Origin: an uncultured Christensenella sp.
GTDB lineage: Bacteria; Bacillota; Clostridia; Christensenellales; UBA1242
Direction of reading: 5' to 3'
DNA: 56,112 nucleotides
NCBI GenBank assembly: GCA_964630515.1
Contig: CAZVVP010000003.1
Location: 1 to 56,112 of the forward strand
Position numbers and translations under genes: made by a program. The notes under the pieces were generated by a model. It did no database searches. It worked only from the letters and a program-made list of their open reading frames with translations, and had not been told where the DNA came from. Every line of letters begins with the position of its first letter. Position 1 is the stretch's first letter. This document shows positions 37,941 to 47,619 of the stretch, piece by piece.

Positions 37941-40226
37941 CCACTTATAGTCGTAATTTTTGCTACCATTATTTTTTTCAGGAATAATTATATTAGTTTT
38001 TTTGCTAATATTATAAGTCAATTTTTCTTTTGATTTATATTTAATGTAATACATATAACTATTTCCCGATTTAATATCATAATCTGTATAATTATAACCA
38101 TCTATGCCAGATTGTGTGTCAATAATTATTTCTTCCTTATTATTTACAACTTTAATTATTTGATATTCGTAACTAGGCAATGGGTCGAAATTAATAGTTA
38201 TATAATTCTTATCTTCATCGTATTCTATTGATGGATTAAATACAACTTCTTCTTGAGTAGAAACAGAAGGTAAATACCTTTTACTAAAATAATCTTCAAT
38301 AATATATCTATCACTACAATCGTTATCAGCAATTACTATACTATTATCTCTTTCATAAACAACTCTATTAATTTTACATTTTTCTACGCTATTAGGCACT
38401 TTAAAACTATCTGGCTGTTTTATATTATTTAAATATACAAAAGTATCATTTAATACAGAAGTCGCATATGTTCCTCCATTATTACTGCCATCTAAATTTG
38501 CCGATGACTCTAATGTGTAATTACCAATCCAGCAACCAACAGAATAATCATTTGTAAATGCTATACTGATCGCATCTGTATTATAGTTTGTGTTAGGAAC
38601 AGCAACTGTGCCAGTTTTTCCAGCGATATCACAATTAAGTTTATTTAACCTTTTACTTGTACCATATTTTACCCCATCTTGCAGTATTGATGTCATTAAA
38701 TATGCAGTATCTTCTCCCATTACTTTAGAACTGTATCTATTATCTAAATATATTGCAACACCATGTTTATTAGTTATTTTTCTAATTGTTGATAAAGGTT
38801 TATAATATCCTCCGTTAGCAAAAACAGTATAACTATTAGTTAAATTTTCTATACTAATACCATCAGTAAATCCTCCCAAAGCTAATGCATAACCATTATC
38901 ACTATCTGCAAATTCTATTCCACAATTTGTAGCAAACTCTTTTGCTTTATCGATACCAATTTCTTTTAAAAGCTTAACTGCAGGAATATTTAGGCTATAA
39001 GCTATAGAATCTCTAACAGAAACATATCCACTATAAGTGTTTCCTACATTTTTTGGTTTATATCCATCAATATCTATTGGCTCATCAAGAACTTTTGTCA
39101 TTGGATTAATTATCCCTTGCTCAAGAGCAGGTGCATATACCATAAAAGGTTTAATTGCAGAACCAGGTTGTCTGATTAAATTACCAACTTCATAATCTGT
39201 ATTACTTGCAAAAGCAACTAGTGAATTATTGGTATTATCTACAATATTTAAGATACCTTGACAAATTTCACCGTTTCGATTTGCAATAATGTATTTTTCA
39301 CTATTTATAATATTGTACACTTCTTCTTGCTTGTTTTTGTCCAAATAAGTATAAATTTTATAATCACCTTCGTTTATTTCATCTAGTGACAATCCTAGAA
39401 TTTCAGAAGCCTCTTTCATTACTATATCCATATAGTCATAATAAATATTATTGTTAATGACTTTAGTCACACTAGTTGTAAGAATTATTTCTTCATTAAT
39501 TGCATCATTATATTGTTCCTCTGTTATTACTTTATCTTTTAGCATCTCAGACAAAACTAAATTTCTTCTTTGAGTGCATTTTTCCAAATCATAAATAGGG
39601 GAATAAGTTGCAGGGGCTTTAATTAATCCAGCTAGTACCGCACTTTCAGAAAGGGTTAAATCTTTAGCATCTTTACCAAAATAATTTTTAGATGCGTTCT
39701 GAATCCCATAAGAAGAATTACCATAATAGATGTTGTTTAAATACATTTCCAAAATTTCATTTTTGGAGTATTCTTTCTCTAGCTCTTGAGTTATGTACAT
39801 TTCTTTAATTTTTCTTTCTATTGTTTTGTCGTTGGATAGTTGTGTGTTTTTAACCAATTGTTGGCTAATTGTACTAGCACCTTCTTTGAAACTTCCGCTT
39901 TTTATATTATTAATCATAGCCATAACTATACGTTTATAATTTAGTCCGTTATGATTATAGAAGTCTTTATCCTCAATACTAATAAATGCATCTTTAGTAT
40001 AATCTTGCAACTCATTAACTGATACAAAATTTGTTTCTTCGTTAATCCTATTTTCACTTGCATCATAAACAGGAATATTTGAATAATTGACCGTTAATTT
40101 GCTTTTGTCCAAATCATTTAAACTAACAGAATTAGAAATATTACCTAGAAAGATAAGCAATCCACCTAAACATATGACTGCAAGTATCAAGAAAACTATG
40201 ATTCCCACTTTTAATATCTTTTTCAT
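37929..40226 (-). CDS. class A penicillin-binding protein (PBP1A family: glycosyltransferase + transpeptidase)
   Basis: GT51 motifs EDKDFYNHNG, GASTISQQLVKN and RKIKEMYITQELE; TPase SxxK (GSAIKP), SLN and KTGT. N-terminal TM; extra C-terminal ~150 aa beta-rich domain. SD GGAG. Confidence 0.92.
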   Translation of the reverse strand: MKKILKVGIIVFLILAVICLGGLLIFLGNISNSVSLNDLDKSKLTVNYSNIPVYDASENRINEETNFVSVNELQDYTKDAFISIEDKDFYNHNGLNYKRIVMAMINNIKSGSFKEGASTISQQLVKNTQLSNDKTIERKIKEMYITQELEKEYSKNEILEMYLNNIYYGNSSYGIQNASKNYFGKDAKDLTLSESAVLAGLIKAPATYSPIYDLEKCTQRRNLVLSEMLKDKVITEEQYNDAINEEIILTTSVTKVINNNIYYDYMDIVMKEASEILGLSLDEINEGDYKIYTYLDKNKQEEVYNIINSEKYIIANRNGEICQGILNIVDNTNNSLVAFASNTDYEVGNLIRQPGSAIKPFMVYAPALEQGIINPMTKVLDEPIDIDGYKPKNVGNTYSGYVSVRDSIAYSLNIPAVKLLKEIGIDKAKEFATNCGIEFADSDNGYALALGGFTDGISIENLTNSYTVFANGGYYKPLSTIRKITNKHGVAIYLDNRYSSKVMGEDTAYLMTSILQDGVKYGTSKRLNKLNCDIAGKTGTVAVPNTNYNTDAISIAFTNDYSVGCWIGNYTLESSANLDGSNNGGTYATSVLNDTFVYLNNIKQPDSFKVPNSVEKCKINRVVYERDNSIVIADNDCSDRYIIEDYFSKRYLPSVSTQEEVVFNPSIEYDEDKNYITINFDPLPSYEYQIIKVVNNKEEIIIDTQSGIDGYNYTDYDIKSGNSYMYYIKYKSKEKLTYNISKKTNIIIPEKNNGSKNYDYKWLFS

Positions 40227-40270
40227 ATAAACTCCAAAAAATTTTTACATAATTATTATGTACTAAATTG

Positions 40271-40299
40271 TTGAAAATATAGACAATATTTGATATAAT
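40271..40299 (+). promoter_or_regulatory. sigma-A type promoter for miaB operon
   Basis: TTGAAA, 17-nt spacer, TATAAT preceded by TGa. Confidence 0.55.
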
Positions 40300-40330
40300 A
40301 AATCTTGCAAATACTATTTAGGAGAAAATA

Positions 40331-41653
40331 ATGAAAAAGTACTATTGCATCAAAACTTATGGTTGTCAAATGAACATACACGAAAGTGAAAAATTGGCTG
40401 GTATGTTAAGGTCACTTGGATTTGAAAATACAGAAGATGAGAAACAAGCTGATGTTATTGTATTTAATACTTGTTGTATTAGAGACGGGGCAGAGCAAAA
40501 AATATATGCTCATATTGGAGCATTAAAAAAATTAAAAAATGAAAAGCCTGATTTAGTTATAGCAATCTGTGGCTGTATGACACAAGTTGAAGGACGACCA
40601 GAAACTATCAAATCAAAATTTCCATTTGTGAATATCATTTTTGGTACTCACAATCTTAATGAGTTCAAAAACTATTTAAGAGATTATTTGAATAAGAAGA
40701 AATTTATCTGTGATATTTGGCCAGAAGCAAAATATACTGATGACAATGTTGACACTTTTAGAACTTCAAACAATAATGCTTGGGTAAATATAAGTTATGG
40801 TTGTAATAACTTTTGCACTTACTGTATAGTTCCTTATGTTAGGGGAAGGGAAAGAAGTAGAGATTTTAATGATATAATTAATGAGTGTAAGAAAGCAATA
40901 AGCGAAGGTTATAAATACATAACACTATTAGGTCAGAATGTAAATAGTTATGGAAATGATATAAATGATGACAATATTACTTTTGCTAAATTACTACTAG
41001 CAGTTGCACAACTTGAAGGCGATTTTAGATTAAAATTTATGACCAATCATCCTAAAGATTTAACTAAAGAAGTAATAGATATAATTGCTAAAGAACCAAA
41101 AATTGCCAAAGTAATTCACTTACCAATTCAATCAGGTAGTAATAATATACTTAAAACAATGAATCGTAGATATACTAAGGAACAATATTTACATCTAATT
41201 GATTCAATTAGGGAAAAAATGCCAGATTGTTATATATCAACTGATATTATTGTAGGTTTTCCAGGCGAAACTGAAGAAGATTTCTTAGATACTTATAACC
41301 TAGTTGATAAAGTTAAATATGACGGAGTCTTTGCCTTTATGTACTCAAAAAGAGATGGTACAGTTGCCTCAAAAATGGAAAATCAAATTGATTTATCTAC
41401 CAAGAGAGAAAGGGTTAACAAACTATTAACATTATCTAAGCAAATTATTAAACATAAGAATAAAGAGTCGATTGGAAAAGTTTATAACATTATAATTAAC
41501 TCATATAGCGAAGACAATCAAGAATATTTGGCAACAACAGATAGTGGTAAATCAGTTGTAATTACAAAGACAAAAGAACTTGTAATTAATAATTTCTATC
41601 AAATAGAAATTACACAATTTACAAAAAATAAATTATATGGAAAAGTTATATAA
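40331..41653 (+). CDS. miaB: tRNA-2-methylthio-N6-dimethylallyladenosine synthase MiaB
   Basis: N-terminal UPF0004 Cys triad (YGCQMN ... C ... C), radical SAM CNNFCTYC, C-terminal TRAM domain; SD aggaga. Confidence 0.88.
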   Translation: MKKYYCIKTYGCQMNIHESEKLAGMLRSLGFENTEDEKQADVIVFNTCCIRDGAEQKIYAHIGALKKLKNEKPDLVIAICGCMTQVEGRPETIKSKFPFVNIIFGTHNLNEFKNYLRDYLNKKKFICDIWPEAKYTDDNVDTFRTSNNNAWVNISYGCNNFCTYCIVPYVRGRERSRDFNDIINECKKAISEGYKYITLLGQNVNSYGNDINDDNITFAKLLLAVAQLEGDFRLKFMTNHPKDLTKEVIDIIAKEPKIAKVIHLPIQSGSNNILKTMNRRYTKEQYLHLIDSIREKMPDCYISTDIIVGFPGETEEDFLDTYNLVDKVKYDGVFAFMYSKRDGTVASKMENQIDLSTKRERVNKLLTLSKQIIKHKNKESIGKVYNIIINSYSEDNQEYLATTDSGKSVVITKTKELVINNFYQIEITQFTKNKLYGKVI

Positions 41654-41662
41654 GGAACTGAA

Positions 41663-42802
41663 ATGATATTTTTAGACAATGCAAGCACAACAAAAATCAA
41701 TACTGAAGCTTTAAATGTTTATTGCAATTATTCAAATAATTCTTATTTTAATCCAGGTGCTTTGTATTTAAAAGGTGCAAAAATAAGTAGTGAAATTAAA
41801 GCCGTTAAACAACAATTTTTAAGACTATTAGGAGCAAGCAAATTTGATAATATTATATTTACAAGCGGTGCTACCGAATCTAATAACATGGTGTTAAGCT
41901 CCTTTATTAAAACTAAAAATAAAAAAGCTCTAATTGGAATATCAGAACATCCATCAGTATATAATAAGGCAAAAAACCTACAAGACAATGGCTACAATAT
42001 AGAATTTGTCAATATAAATCCAAATGGAACAATTGATATTAACGATTTTAAAAAAAAGCTTACCAGCGACACTTGTTTTGTTTCAATAATGCATGTTAAT
42101 AACGAAACTGGCGCTATTAATCCAATTAAAGATTTGGTAGATATTACTAAAAAAGTAAATAAAAATATTATTTTTCATTCAGATGGTGTGCAAGCTTTTG
42201 GGAAAATAGATGTTGACCTAGAAGATTTAGGCGTTGATTTATATACAATAAGTAGTCATAAAATTTATGGGCCAAAAGGCATTGGCGCTCTATATATCAA
42301 AAAGGGTATCAATATTAACCCGCTGCTTTTAGGTGGAGGACAAGAAAATAACCTTAGAAGTGGAACAGAGAATACCCCAGCAATATTTGCTTTTGCTAAA
42401 GCTTCTGATGTTGCAATTAAAAATTTAGAAGAGAATTTAGAACAGGCGAAAAATTTAAACAATTTATTGCGTGAAAATATAAAGAAATTGCCTTTCGATA
42501 TTGTAATTAACAGCAATAAATCTTGTTCGCCTTATATATTTTCTTTCTCAGTCGCTAATCTAAGGGCAGAGACAATTCTTAGAATGTTAGAAGATTATGA
42601 CATTCTTATAGGTAATGGCTCAGCTTGCTCTAGCCACAAAAAGGGTAATAGGATTTTGGAAAATATGGGACTTGACAATAAGTACATTGAAGGGTCTTTA
42701 AGAGTAAGCCTAAGCAATAGCACAACAGTTAATGAAATCAATTTTTTTATTGATAAATTTAAACAAGTAATAAACGAATATAAAAATAAAATTAATAGGT
42801 AA
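41663..42802 (+). CDS. cysteine desulfurase (NifS/IscS family), likely ThiI sulfur donor
   Basis: PLP lysine motif SSHKIYGPKG and active-site Cys in GSACSS. Located immediately upstream of thiI, as in Bacillus nifZ-thiI. Confidence 0.88.
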   Translation: MIFLDNASTTKINTEALNVYCNYSNNSYFNPGALYLKGAKISSEIKAVKQQFLRLLGASKFDNIIFTSGATESNNMVLSSFIKTKNKKALIGISEHPSVYNKAKNLQDNGYNIEFVNINPNGTIDINDFKKKLTSDTCFVSIMHVNNETGAINPIKDLVDITKKVNKNIIFHSDGVQAFGKIDVDLEDLGVDLYTISSHKIYGPKGIGALYIKKGININPLLLGGGQENNLRSGTENTPAIFAFAKASDVAIKNLEENLEQAKNLNNLLRENIKKLPFDIVINSNKSCSPYIFSFSVANLRAETILRMLEDYDILIGNGSACSSHKKGNRILENMGLDNKYIEGSLRVSLSNSTTVNEINFFIDKFKQVINEYKNKINR

Positions 42803-42808
42803 TAAAAT

Positions 42809-43987
42809 ATGAATAATACAATACTAATACGTTATGGGGAGATATTTTTAAAAGGCAAAAATAAAGGATTTTTTGAAAAAACTCTACTTAACAATATAAT
42901 AAGCGCTGTCAATGATTATGACTGCAAAGTAACTAAAATTAGCGGTAGAATAATAATAACTGATTTCCAAGAAAAATATGAAAATAAGATAATTAATAAA
43001 GTTAAATCAGTTTTTGGTATTTATTCTATAAGTTCAGCATATTGTTTTAAAACTTCAGTAGAAAATATAGAAAATTATATATCAACCATAGATTTAGCAA
43101 GTAAGAATACTTTTAGAGTGACAGTAAAAAGAGCAGATAAAACTTTTCCAATTAATTCAACGGAATTTTCAAAAAAATTAGGGGGAATTATTCTTAAGAA
43201 TAACCCTCATATTAAAGTTGATTTACACAATTATGACATTGAAGTCTCTGTTGATATTAGAGAACAGGGTAGAACTTTTGTTTTCTATGACACCATTTAT
43301 GGCGAAGGTGGAATGCCTGTTGGAACTAGTAGCGGAGGATTACTTCTTTTGTCAGGTGGTATAGATTCTCCAGTAGCAGGACTAGTTATGGCAAAAAGGG
43401 GTATGCCAATATCTGCTTTACACTTTCAATCAATCCCATACACAAGCGAAATGGCGAAAGAAAAAGTTGTATCGCTTGCAAAATTATTAAGCGATTATAC
43501 TGGAAATATTAAGTTATATGTTTGCTCATTAACCAAAATACAAGAAGCTATACACAAACATTGTAAACCAGAGTATATGATAACAATTATGAGAAGAATC
43601 ATGATAAGAATTGCTGAAAAAATTGCAAGCGAAAATAATCTAAAGGCTATTATTACAGGGGAAAGTCTTGGACAAGTTGCAAGCCAAACTATAGAAAGTA
43701 TAACTTGTACTAATATTGTTGCGGAAACAATCCCAATCCTAAGGCCTCTTATCGCTATGGACAAAGAAGAAATAACTCAAATTTCCAAAAAACATAACTT
43801 CTTTGAGACCTCAATTCTTCCATATGAAGATTGCTGTACTGTTTTCTTGCCAAAATTTCCAATTATTAAGCCAAAACTAGATAAAGTAGAGAAAGAAGAG
43901 AACAGGTTAGATATAGATGCTTTAATTTCTGAAGCTTTGTCGGAAATTGAAATAATTAATACAAATAATTTGTTTTATAAAAGTTAA
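42809..43987 (+). CDS. thiI: tRNA 4-thiouridine(8) synthase ThiI
   Basis: N-terminal ferredoxin-like/THUMP part, PP-loop LLLSGGIDSPVA, and ITGESLGQVASQT. Confidence 0.92.
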   Translation: MNNTILIRYGEIFLKGKNKGFFEKTLLNNIISAVNDYDCKVTKISGRIIITDFQEKYENKIINKVKSVFGIYSISSAYCFKTSVENIENYISTIDLASKNTFRVTVKRADKTFPINSTEFSKKLGGIILKNNPHIKVDLHNYDIEVSVDIREQGRTFVFYDTIYGEGGMPVGTSSGGLLLLSGGIDSPVAGLVMAKRGMPISALHFQSIPYTSEMAKEKVVSLAKLLSDYTGNIKLYVCSLTKIQEAIHKHCKPEYMITIMRRIMIRIAEKIASENNLKAIITGESLGQVASQTIESITCTNIVAETIPILRPLIAMDKEEITQISKKHNFFETSILPYEDCCTVFLPKFPIIKPKLDKVEKEENRLDIDALISEALSEIEIINTNNLFYKS

Positions 43988-44026
43988 ACAATTATTTAAT
44001 TATATCTAATTGTTTGACTTTTTTTT
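43986..44026 (+). terminator. rho-independent terminator of thiI
   Basis: 9-bp A/T-rich stem aaacaatta / taattgttt, 12-nt loop, then gac + T8. Confidence 0.55.
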
Positions 44027-44035
44027 AGTCTCATA

Positions 44036-44074
44036 TTACAATGATTATGGTGTTTTTAACACTAATCATTGTAA
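44036..44074 (+). promoter_or_regulatory. long hairpin in rny 5' region (function unknown)
   Basis: ttacaatgatta-tg-gtgtt-ttt-aacac-taatcattgtaa forms 12 + 5 bp with a 2-nt bulge. No T-run follows. It ends 12 nt before the rny SD. Confidence 0.3.
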
Positions 44075-44097
44075 AATAAATTAAAAAGGAGATAACA

Positions 44098-45696
44098 GTG
44101 CAAAATATTGCAAAAATATTTTCGTTATCTGCATTTAATTTTGGTACCGTTTTAGTTACTGTTTTAGTTACTTGTGCAATAGCTATTCCAGCAACATATT
44201 TCGTTATAAAATATTTGGCAAAAAGTACAATCAACAAGAATAAAGATAAGGCTAATTCTTTATTAGAAGAAGCTAAGTCTGAAGCAAAAAATATGAAGAA
44301 AGAAATCGTACTTGAAGCTAAAGAAGAGGTTCATAAATTAAAAGCTGAGTGTGACGAAGAATTAAGACAAAGAAGAGCCGAAATTCAAAAACAGGAAAAT
44401 CGACTAATACAAAGAGAAGACTTCTTAAATACTAAAGAGGAATCAATAGAGAAAAAACTTGAAAATATTGAGAAAATAAAAGAAGATTTAAGAACTAAAG
44501 AGGACAACCTTGTTAAGAAATCAGCCGAACAAGATGCTATAACTGAGAAAATGGTTCAAGAGCTAGAAAGAATCGCTAAACTTTCTAGTGAAGACGCTAA
44601 GAAAGAACTGATTTCTAGATTTGAAGAAGATGCTAAGAAAGATGCTGCTATTTTAGTTAGAAACATTGAAGAACAAGCTAAAGAAGAGGCTAACAAAAAA
44701 GCTAAAGATATCTTAACCTTAGCTATTCAAAAAACAGCTGTTGACCATACTAGCGAAGTTACTGTAACTTCTGTTGATTTGCCTAGCGAAGAATTAAAGG
44801 GCAGAATTATTGGAAGAGAAGGTCGAAATATTAGAGCTTTAGAACACGCAACAGGAGTAGATTTGATTATTGATGATACTCCAGAAGCTGTTGTAATAAG
44901 TTGTTTTGACCCAGTGAGAAGAGAAATCGCTAGATTATCTTTAGAGAAATTAATTCTAGATGGAAGAATTCATCCAACTAGAATTGAAGAAATTGTAGAG
45001 AAAGTAACTAGAGATATCGAAACATCAATCAAAGAAGAAGGTGAGGCTGCTGTATTTGATGCAGGTATTCATGGACTTCATCCAGAATTAATCAAAATAC
45101 TTGGTAGATTAAAATATCGTACAAGTTATGGTCAAAACTGTCTAAAACATTGTCTTGAAGTTTCGTATTTAGCAGGACTACTTGCAGTTGAAGTAGGAGC
45201 TAATGAGAAAATTGCCCGTCGTGGTGGATTACTACATGATATTGGTAAAGCAGTAGACCATGAAGTTGAAGGTACGCACGTAAATATTGGTGTAGAGCTT
45301 GCAACTAAATATAAAGAGTCTAAAGAAGTTATACATTGTATTGCAGCACATCATGGTGGTGTTGAATATGAATCTTTAGAAGCAATATTAGTACAAACTG
45401 CTGATGCTATTAGTAGTGCTAGACCGGGAGCAAGAAAAGAATCTCTTGAATCTTACATTAAGAGATTACAACAGTTAGAGGAAATTGCCAATAATTTCAA
45501 GGGTGTTGAGAAGAGCTTCGCTATTCAAGCCGGAAGAGAAATTAGAATAATTGTTAAGCCTGATGAAATTAACGATAATGATGCTTTATTCTTAGCAAAA
45601 GATATTGCTAGAAAAGTTGAAAAAGAAATGGAATATCCAGGACAAATTAAAGTTAATGTAATTAGAGAAACAAGAAGTGTAGACTACGCTAAATAA
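44098..45696 (+). CDS. rny: ribonuclease Y
   Basis: N-terminal TM, coiled-coil, KH motif [17 protein letters not shown] motif LLHDIGK. GTG start with GGAG 7 nt upstream. Confidence 0.95.
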   Translation: MQNIAKIFSLSAFNFGTVLVTVLVTCAIAIPATYFVIKYLAKSTINKNKDKANSLLEEAKSEAKNMKKEIVLEAKEEVHKLKAECDEELRQRRAEIQKQENRLIQREDFLNTKEESIEKKLENIEKIKEDLRTKEDNLVKKSAEQDAITEKMVQELERIAKLSSEDAKKELISRFEEDAKKDAAILVRNIEEQAKEEANKKAKDILTLAIQKTAVDHTSEVTVTSVDLPSEELKGRIIGREGRNIRALEHATGVDLIIDDTPEAVVISCFDPVRREIARLSLEKLILDGRIHPTRIEEIVEKVTRDIETSIKEEGEAAVFDAGIHGLHPELIKILGRLKYRTSYGQNCLKHCLEVSYLAGLLAVEVGANEKIARRGGLLHDIGKAVDHEVEGTHVNIGVELATKYKESKEVIHCIAAHHGGVEYESLEAILVQTADAISSARPGARKESLESYIKRLQQLEEIANNFKGVEKSFAIQAGREIRIIVKPDEINDNDALFLAKDIARKVEKEMEYPGQIKVNVIRETRSVDYAK

Positions 45697-45706
45697 TATT
45701 AATAAG

Positions 45707-45737
45707 AAAAATACCAGAATAATTTTCTGGTATTTTT
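45707..45737 (+). terminator. rho-independent terminator of rny
   Basis: Stem aaaaataccagaa / ttctggtattttt, 5-nt loop, T-run. Confidence 0.85.
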
Positions 45738-45741
45738 TTAG

Positions 45742-45764
45742 AAAAAAAGTGGCATTGACCACTT
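45742..45764 (-). terminator. probable terminator of lexA
   Basis: Stem aagtgg / ccactt, loop cattga, flanked by A7 on the + strand (a T-run on the - strand), right after the lexA stop. Confidence 0.55.
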
Positions 45765-45765
45765 C

Positions 45766-46374
45766 TTAAAATTTTCTAACTAAACCAACTAGTTTGCCTA
45801 GAACTATAACATTGTCTGCATATATAGGGGACATTGTATCATTTTCAGGTTGTAGACGGTATCTTCCATCTTCTTTATAAAATCTCTTTAATGTAGCACA
45901 ACCATCAACCATAGCTGCAACAATTTCTCCATTATTAGCCGTAGTTTGTTGTTTAAGCACTACTTGGTCACCATCATATATTCCCGCATTAATCATACTG
46001 TCACCGTGTATATTTAGCATAAATAATCCTTCGCCCTTAAACATATTAGGGGAAGTATAGAAATATTCTTCACACTCTTCAACAGCAAGGATAGGAGAGC
46101 CTGCAGCAATATTTCCGAGTACTGGGATTGCAATTAAATTATCTTTAGGCAAAAACTCTACATCATTGTTTTCAACAATCTCTAATGCTCTGTTTTTGTT
46201 TGGATTTTTCTTTATAAGATTATTTCTCTCTAATTTCTCTAAATAATAAGAAATTGTACTAGTACTACTTACATTAATAGCTCTGCACATCTCTCTGACC
46301 GTTGGAGGATAACAATTATCTTTGATGTATTCCTTTATAAACTGTAACAACTCTTCTTCTTTATTTTTTTTCAT
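45766..46374 (-). CDS. lexA: SOS repressor LexA
   Basis: N-terminal winged HTH (YPPTVREMCRAINVSSTSTISYYLEKLE). S24 peptidase Ser in GDSM and Lys in ATLKRF. SD aaggag. Confidence 0.95.
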   Translation of the reverse strand: MKKNKEEELLQFIKEYIKDNCYPPTVREMCRAINVSSTSTISYYLEKLERNNLIKKNPNKNRALEIVENNDVEFLPKDNLIAIPVLGNIAAGSPILAVEECEEYFYTSPNMFKGEGLFMLNIHGDSMINAGIYDGDQVVLKQQTTANNGEIVAAMVDGCATLKRFYKEDGRYRLQPENDTMSPIYADNVIVLGKLVGLVRKF

Positions 46375-46405
46375 ACAAACTCCTTGTATAATAATATATG
46401 ATTAT

Positions 46406-46434
46406 AATATATCACACTTTCAATGCATTGTCAA
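46406..46434 (-). promoter_or_regulatory. lexA promoter
   Basis: On the - strand: TTGACA (46434-46429), 17-nt spacer, TATATT (46411-46406), preceded by TGa. Confidence 0.55.
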
Positions 46435-46445
46435 ACATTTGTTCT
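46432..46445 (-). promoter_or_regulatory. LexA operator (Cheo/SOS box)
   Basis: The - strand reads AGAACAAATGTTTG, i.e. GAAC-N4-GTTT. That is one mismatch to the Firmicutes GAAC-N4-GTTC core. It overlaps the -35 hexamer of the lexA promoter. Confidence 0.6.
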
Positions 46446-46461
46446 AAAGTTTTTAATAAAA

Positions 46462-47502
46462 TTATCTTAATTTAACGTTATGTGTCAATGCGTCTCTTTT
46501 GATATCATCAGAAATAGCCGCATAGTGTTTTCTTGTTACATTAATATCTTTATGACCTAGTACAGACGCAACAACATATATATCATTTGTTTCTCTATAA
46601 AGATTTGTACCAAAAGTACTTCGTAATTTATGCGGAGTAATTTTTTTTAGGGGATTAATTAATTCTGCATATTTTTTTACTAGAATTTGAACAGTTCTTA
46701 CATTAATTCTTTTATTTTGTAAACTAAGAAATAAAGCATGTTCATCTTCTGGAAGATTCTTGATTCTTGCTCTAACTTCCAAATAACTAAGCAGGGCAGT
46801 TGCCACTTCATCGTTAAAATATAGTGTTACTTTTCCTCCGCCTTTTCTTACAATATTGAAAGCATTTTGGCTAAAATCTATATCTTCAACATTAAGACCT
46901 ACACATTCTGAAATACGAATACCAGTGCCTAAAAATAATGACAAAATCGCATAATCTCTTTCTTTGGTATGCTTGTGAAAACTTTGTTGCATTTGGGTTA
47001 AATCATAGCCATCTTCAGACAAATTTAGTATTTTTACTACCTCATCAACATCAAGCCTAGTTATTGGCTTTTCATGTAATTTAGGGGTTGCAACTTTTAC
47101 GGCTTCATTACTATCAAGGATTTCTTTTTTGAAAAAATAATTTAAAAAACTCCTTATACTACTTAACTTTCTTGCCATAGAACAATCGCCATTTTTGACA
47201 AAATTTTTTCCTTTCTTATATAATTTTCTATCAGATAGAAACATCTCTATATGGGTCTGGGAAATAAGTTTGATATCTTCGTAATTCAATTGTTTAATTT
47301 CTTTACCAAAAAATTCTTCAGTATTATTTATTAAAAATTCAAAAAACTTCTTTATATCGGAGATATATCCAAGTCTAGTCAATACTGAAGTTGTTTGCTC
47401 AATTCCTCTAACAAATTCCAAACACAAATCTGGTAATTCAGTTAGAATTTGATTAATTTTCTCTAAATTCTTATAATCACGCACTGCAAAATAACTTTCC
47501 AT
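46462..47502 (-). CDS. tyrosine site-specific recombinase (XerC/XerD-like)
   Basis: N-terminal SAM-like domain. Catalytic residues in TGIRISE (Arg), HKLRSTF (H-x-x-R) and LGHKDINVTRKHY (His, Tyr). ATG 47502; an in-frame GTG at 47508 is an alternative start. Confidence 0.85.
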   Translation of the reverse strand: MESYFAVRDYKNLEKINQILTELPDLCLEFVRGIEQTTSVLTRLGYISDIKKFFEFLINNTEEFFGKEIKQLNYEDIKLISQTHIEMFLSDRKLYKKGKNFVKNGDCSMARKLSSIRSFLNYFFKKEILDSNEAVKVATPKLHEKPITRLDVDEVVKILNLSEDGYDLTQMQQSFHKHTKERDYAILSLFLGTGIRISECVGLNVEDIDFSQNAFNIVRKGGGKVTLYFNDEVATALLSYLEVRARIKNLPEDEHALFLSLQNKRINVRTVQILVKKYAELINPLKKITPHKLRSTFGTNLYRETNDIYVVASVLGHKDINVTRKHYAAISDDIKRDALTHNVKLR

Positions 47503-47538
47503 AATCACTCTTCATTTCAAAATATTCATTATTTAAGT

Positions 47539-47567
47539 TTGCTATATTTACTCAAAATAGTTATAAT
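47539..47567 (+). promoter_or_regulatory. sigma-A type promoter for ORF 47620
   Basis: TTGCTA (47539-47544), 17-nt spacer, TATAAT (47562-47567). It sits in a near-palindromic AT block that also carries TATAAT on the opposite strand. Confidence 0.55.
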
Positions 47568-47619
47568 AATATTATAATATTTGAGAATAAAAGTAAAGTA
47601 AATTATTTAGTAGGGGAAA

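Noticed and set aside
44031-44237. 68-aa - strand ORF overlapping the rny start, and the 71-aa - strand ORF (34089-34304) overlapping the coiled-coil gene start.
   Set aside because: They overlap promoter, hairpin and N-terminal TM-coding regions of well-supported + strand genes. Their hydrophobic translations are the antisense of TM segments.
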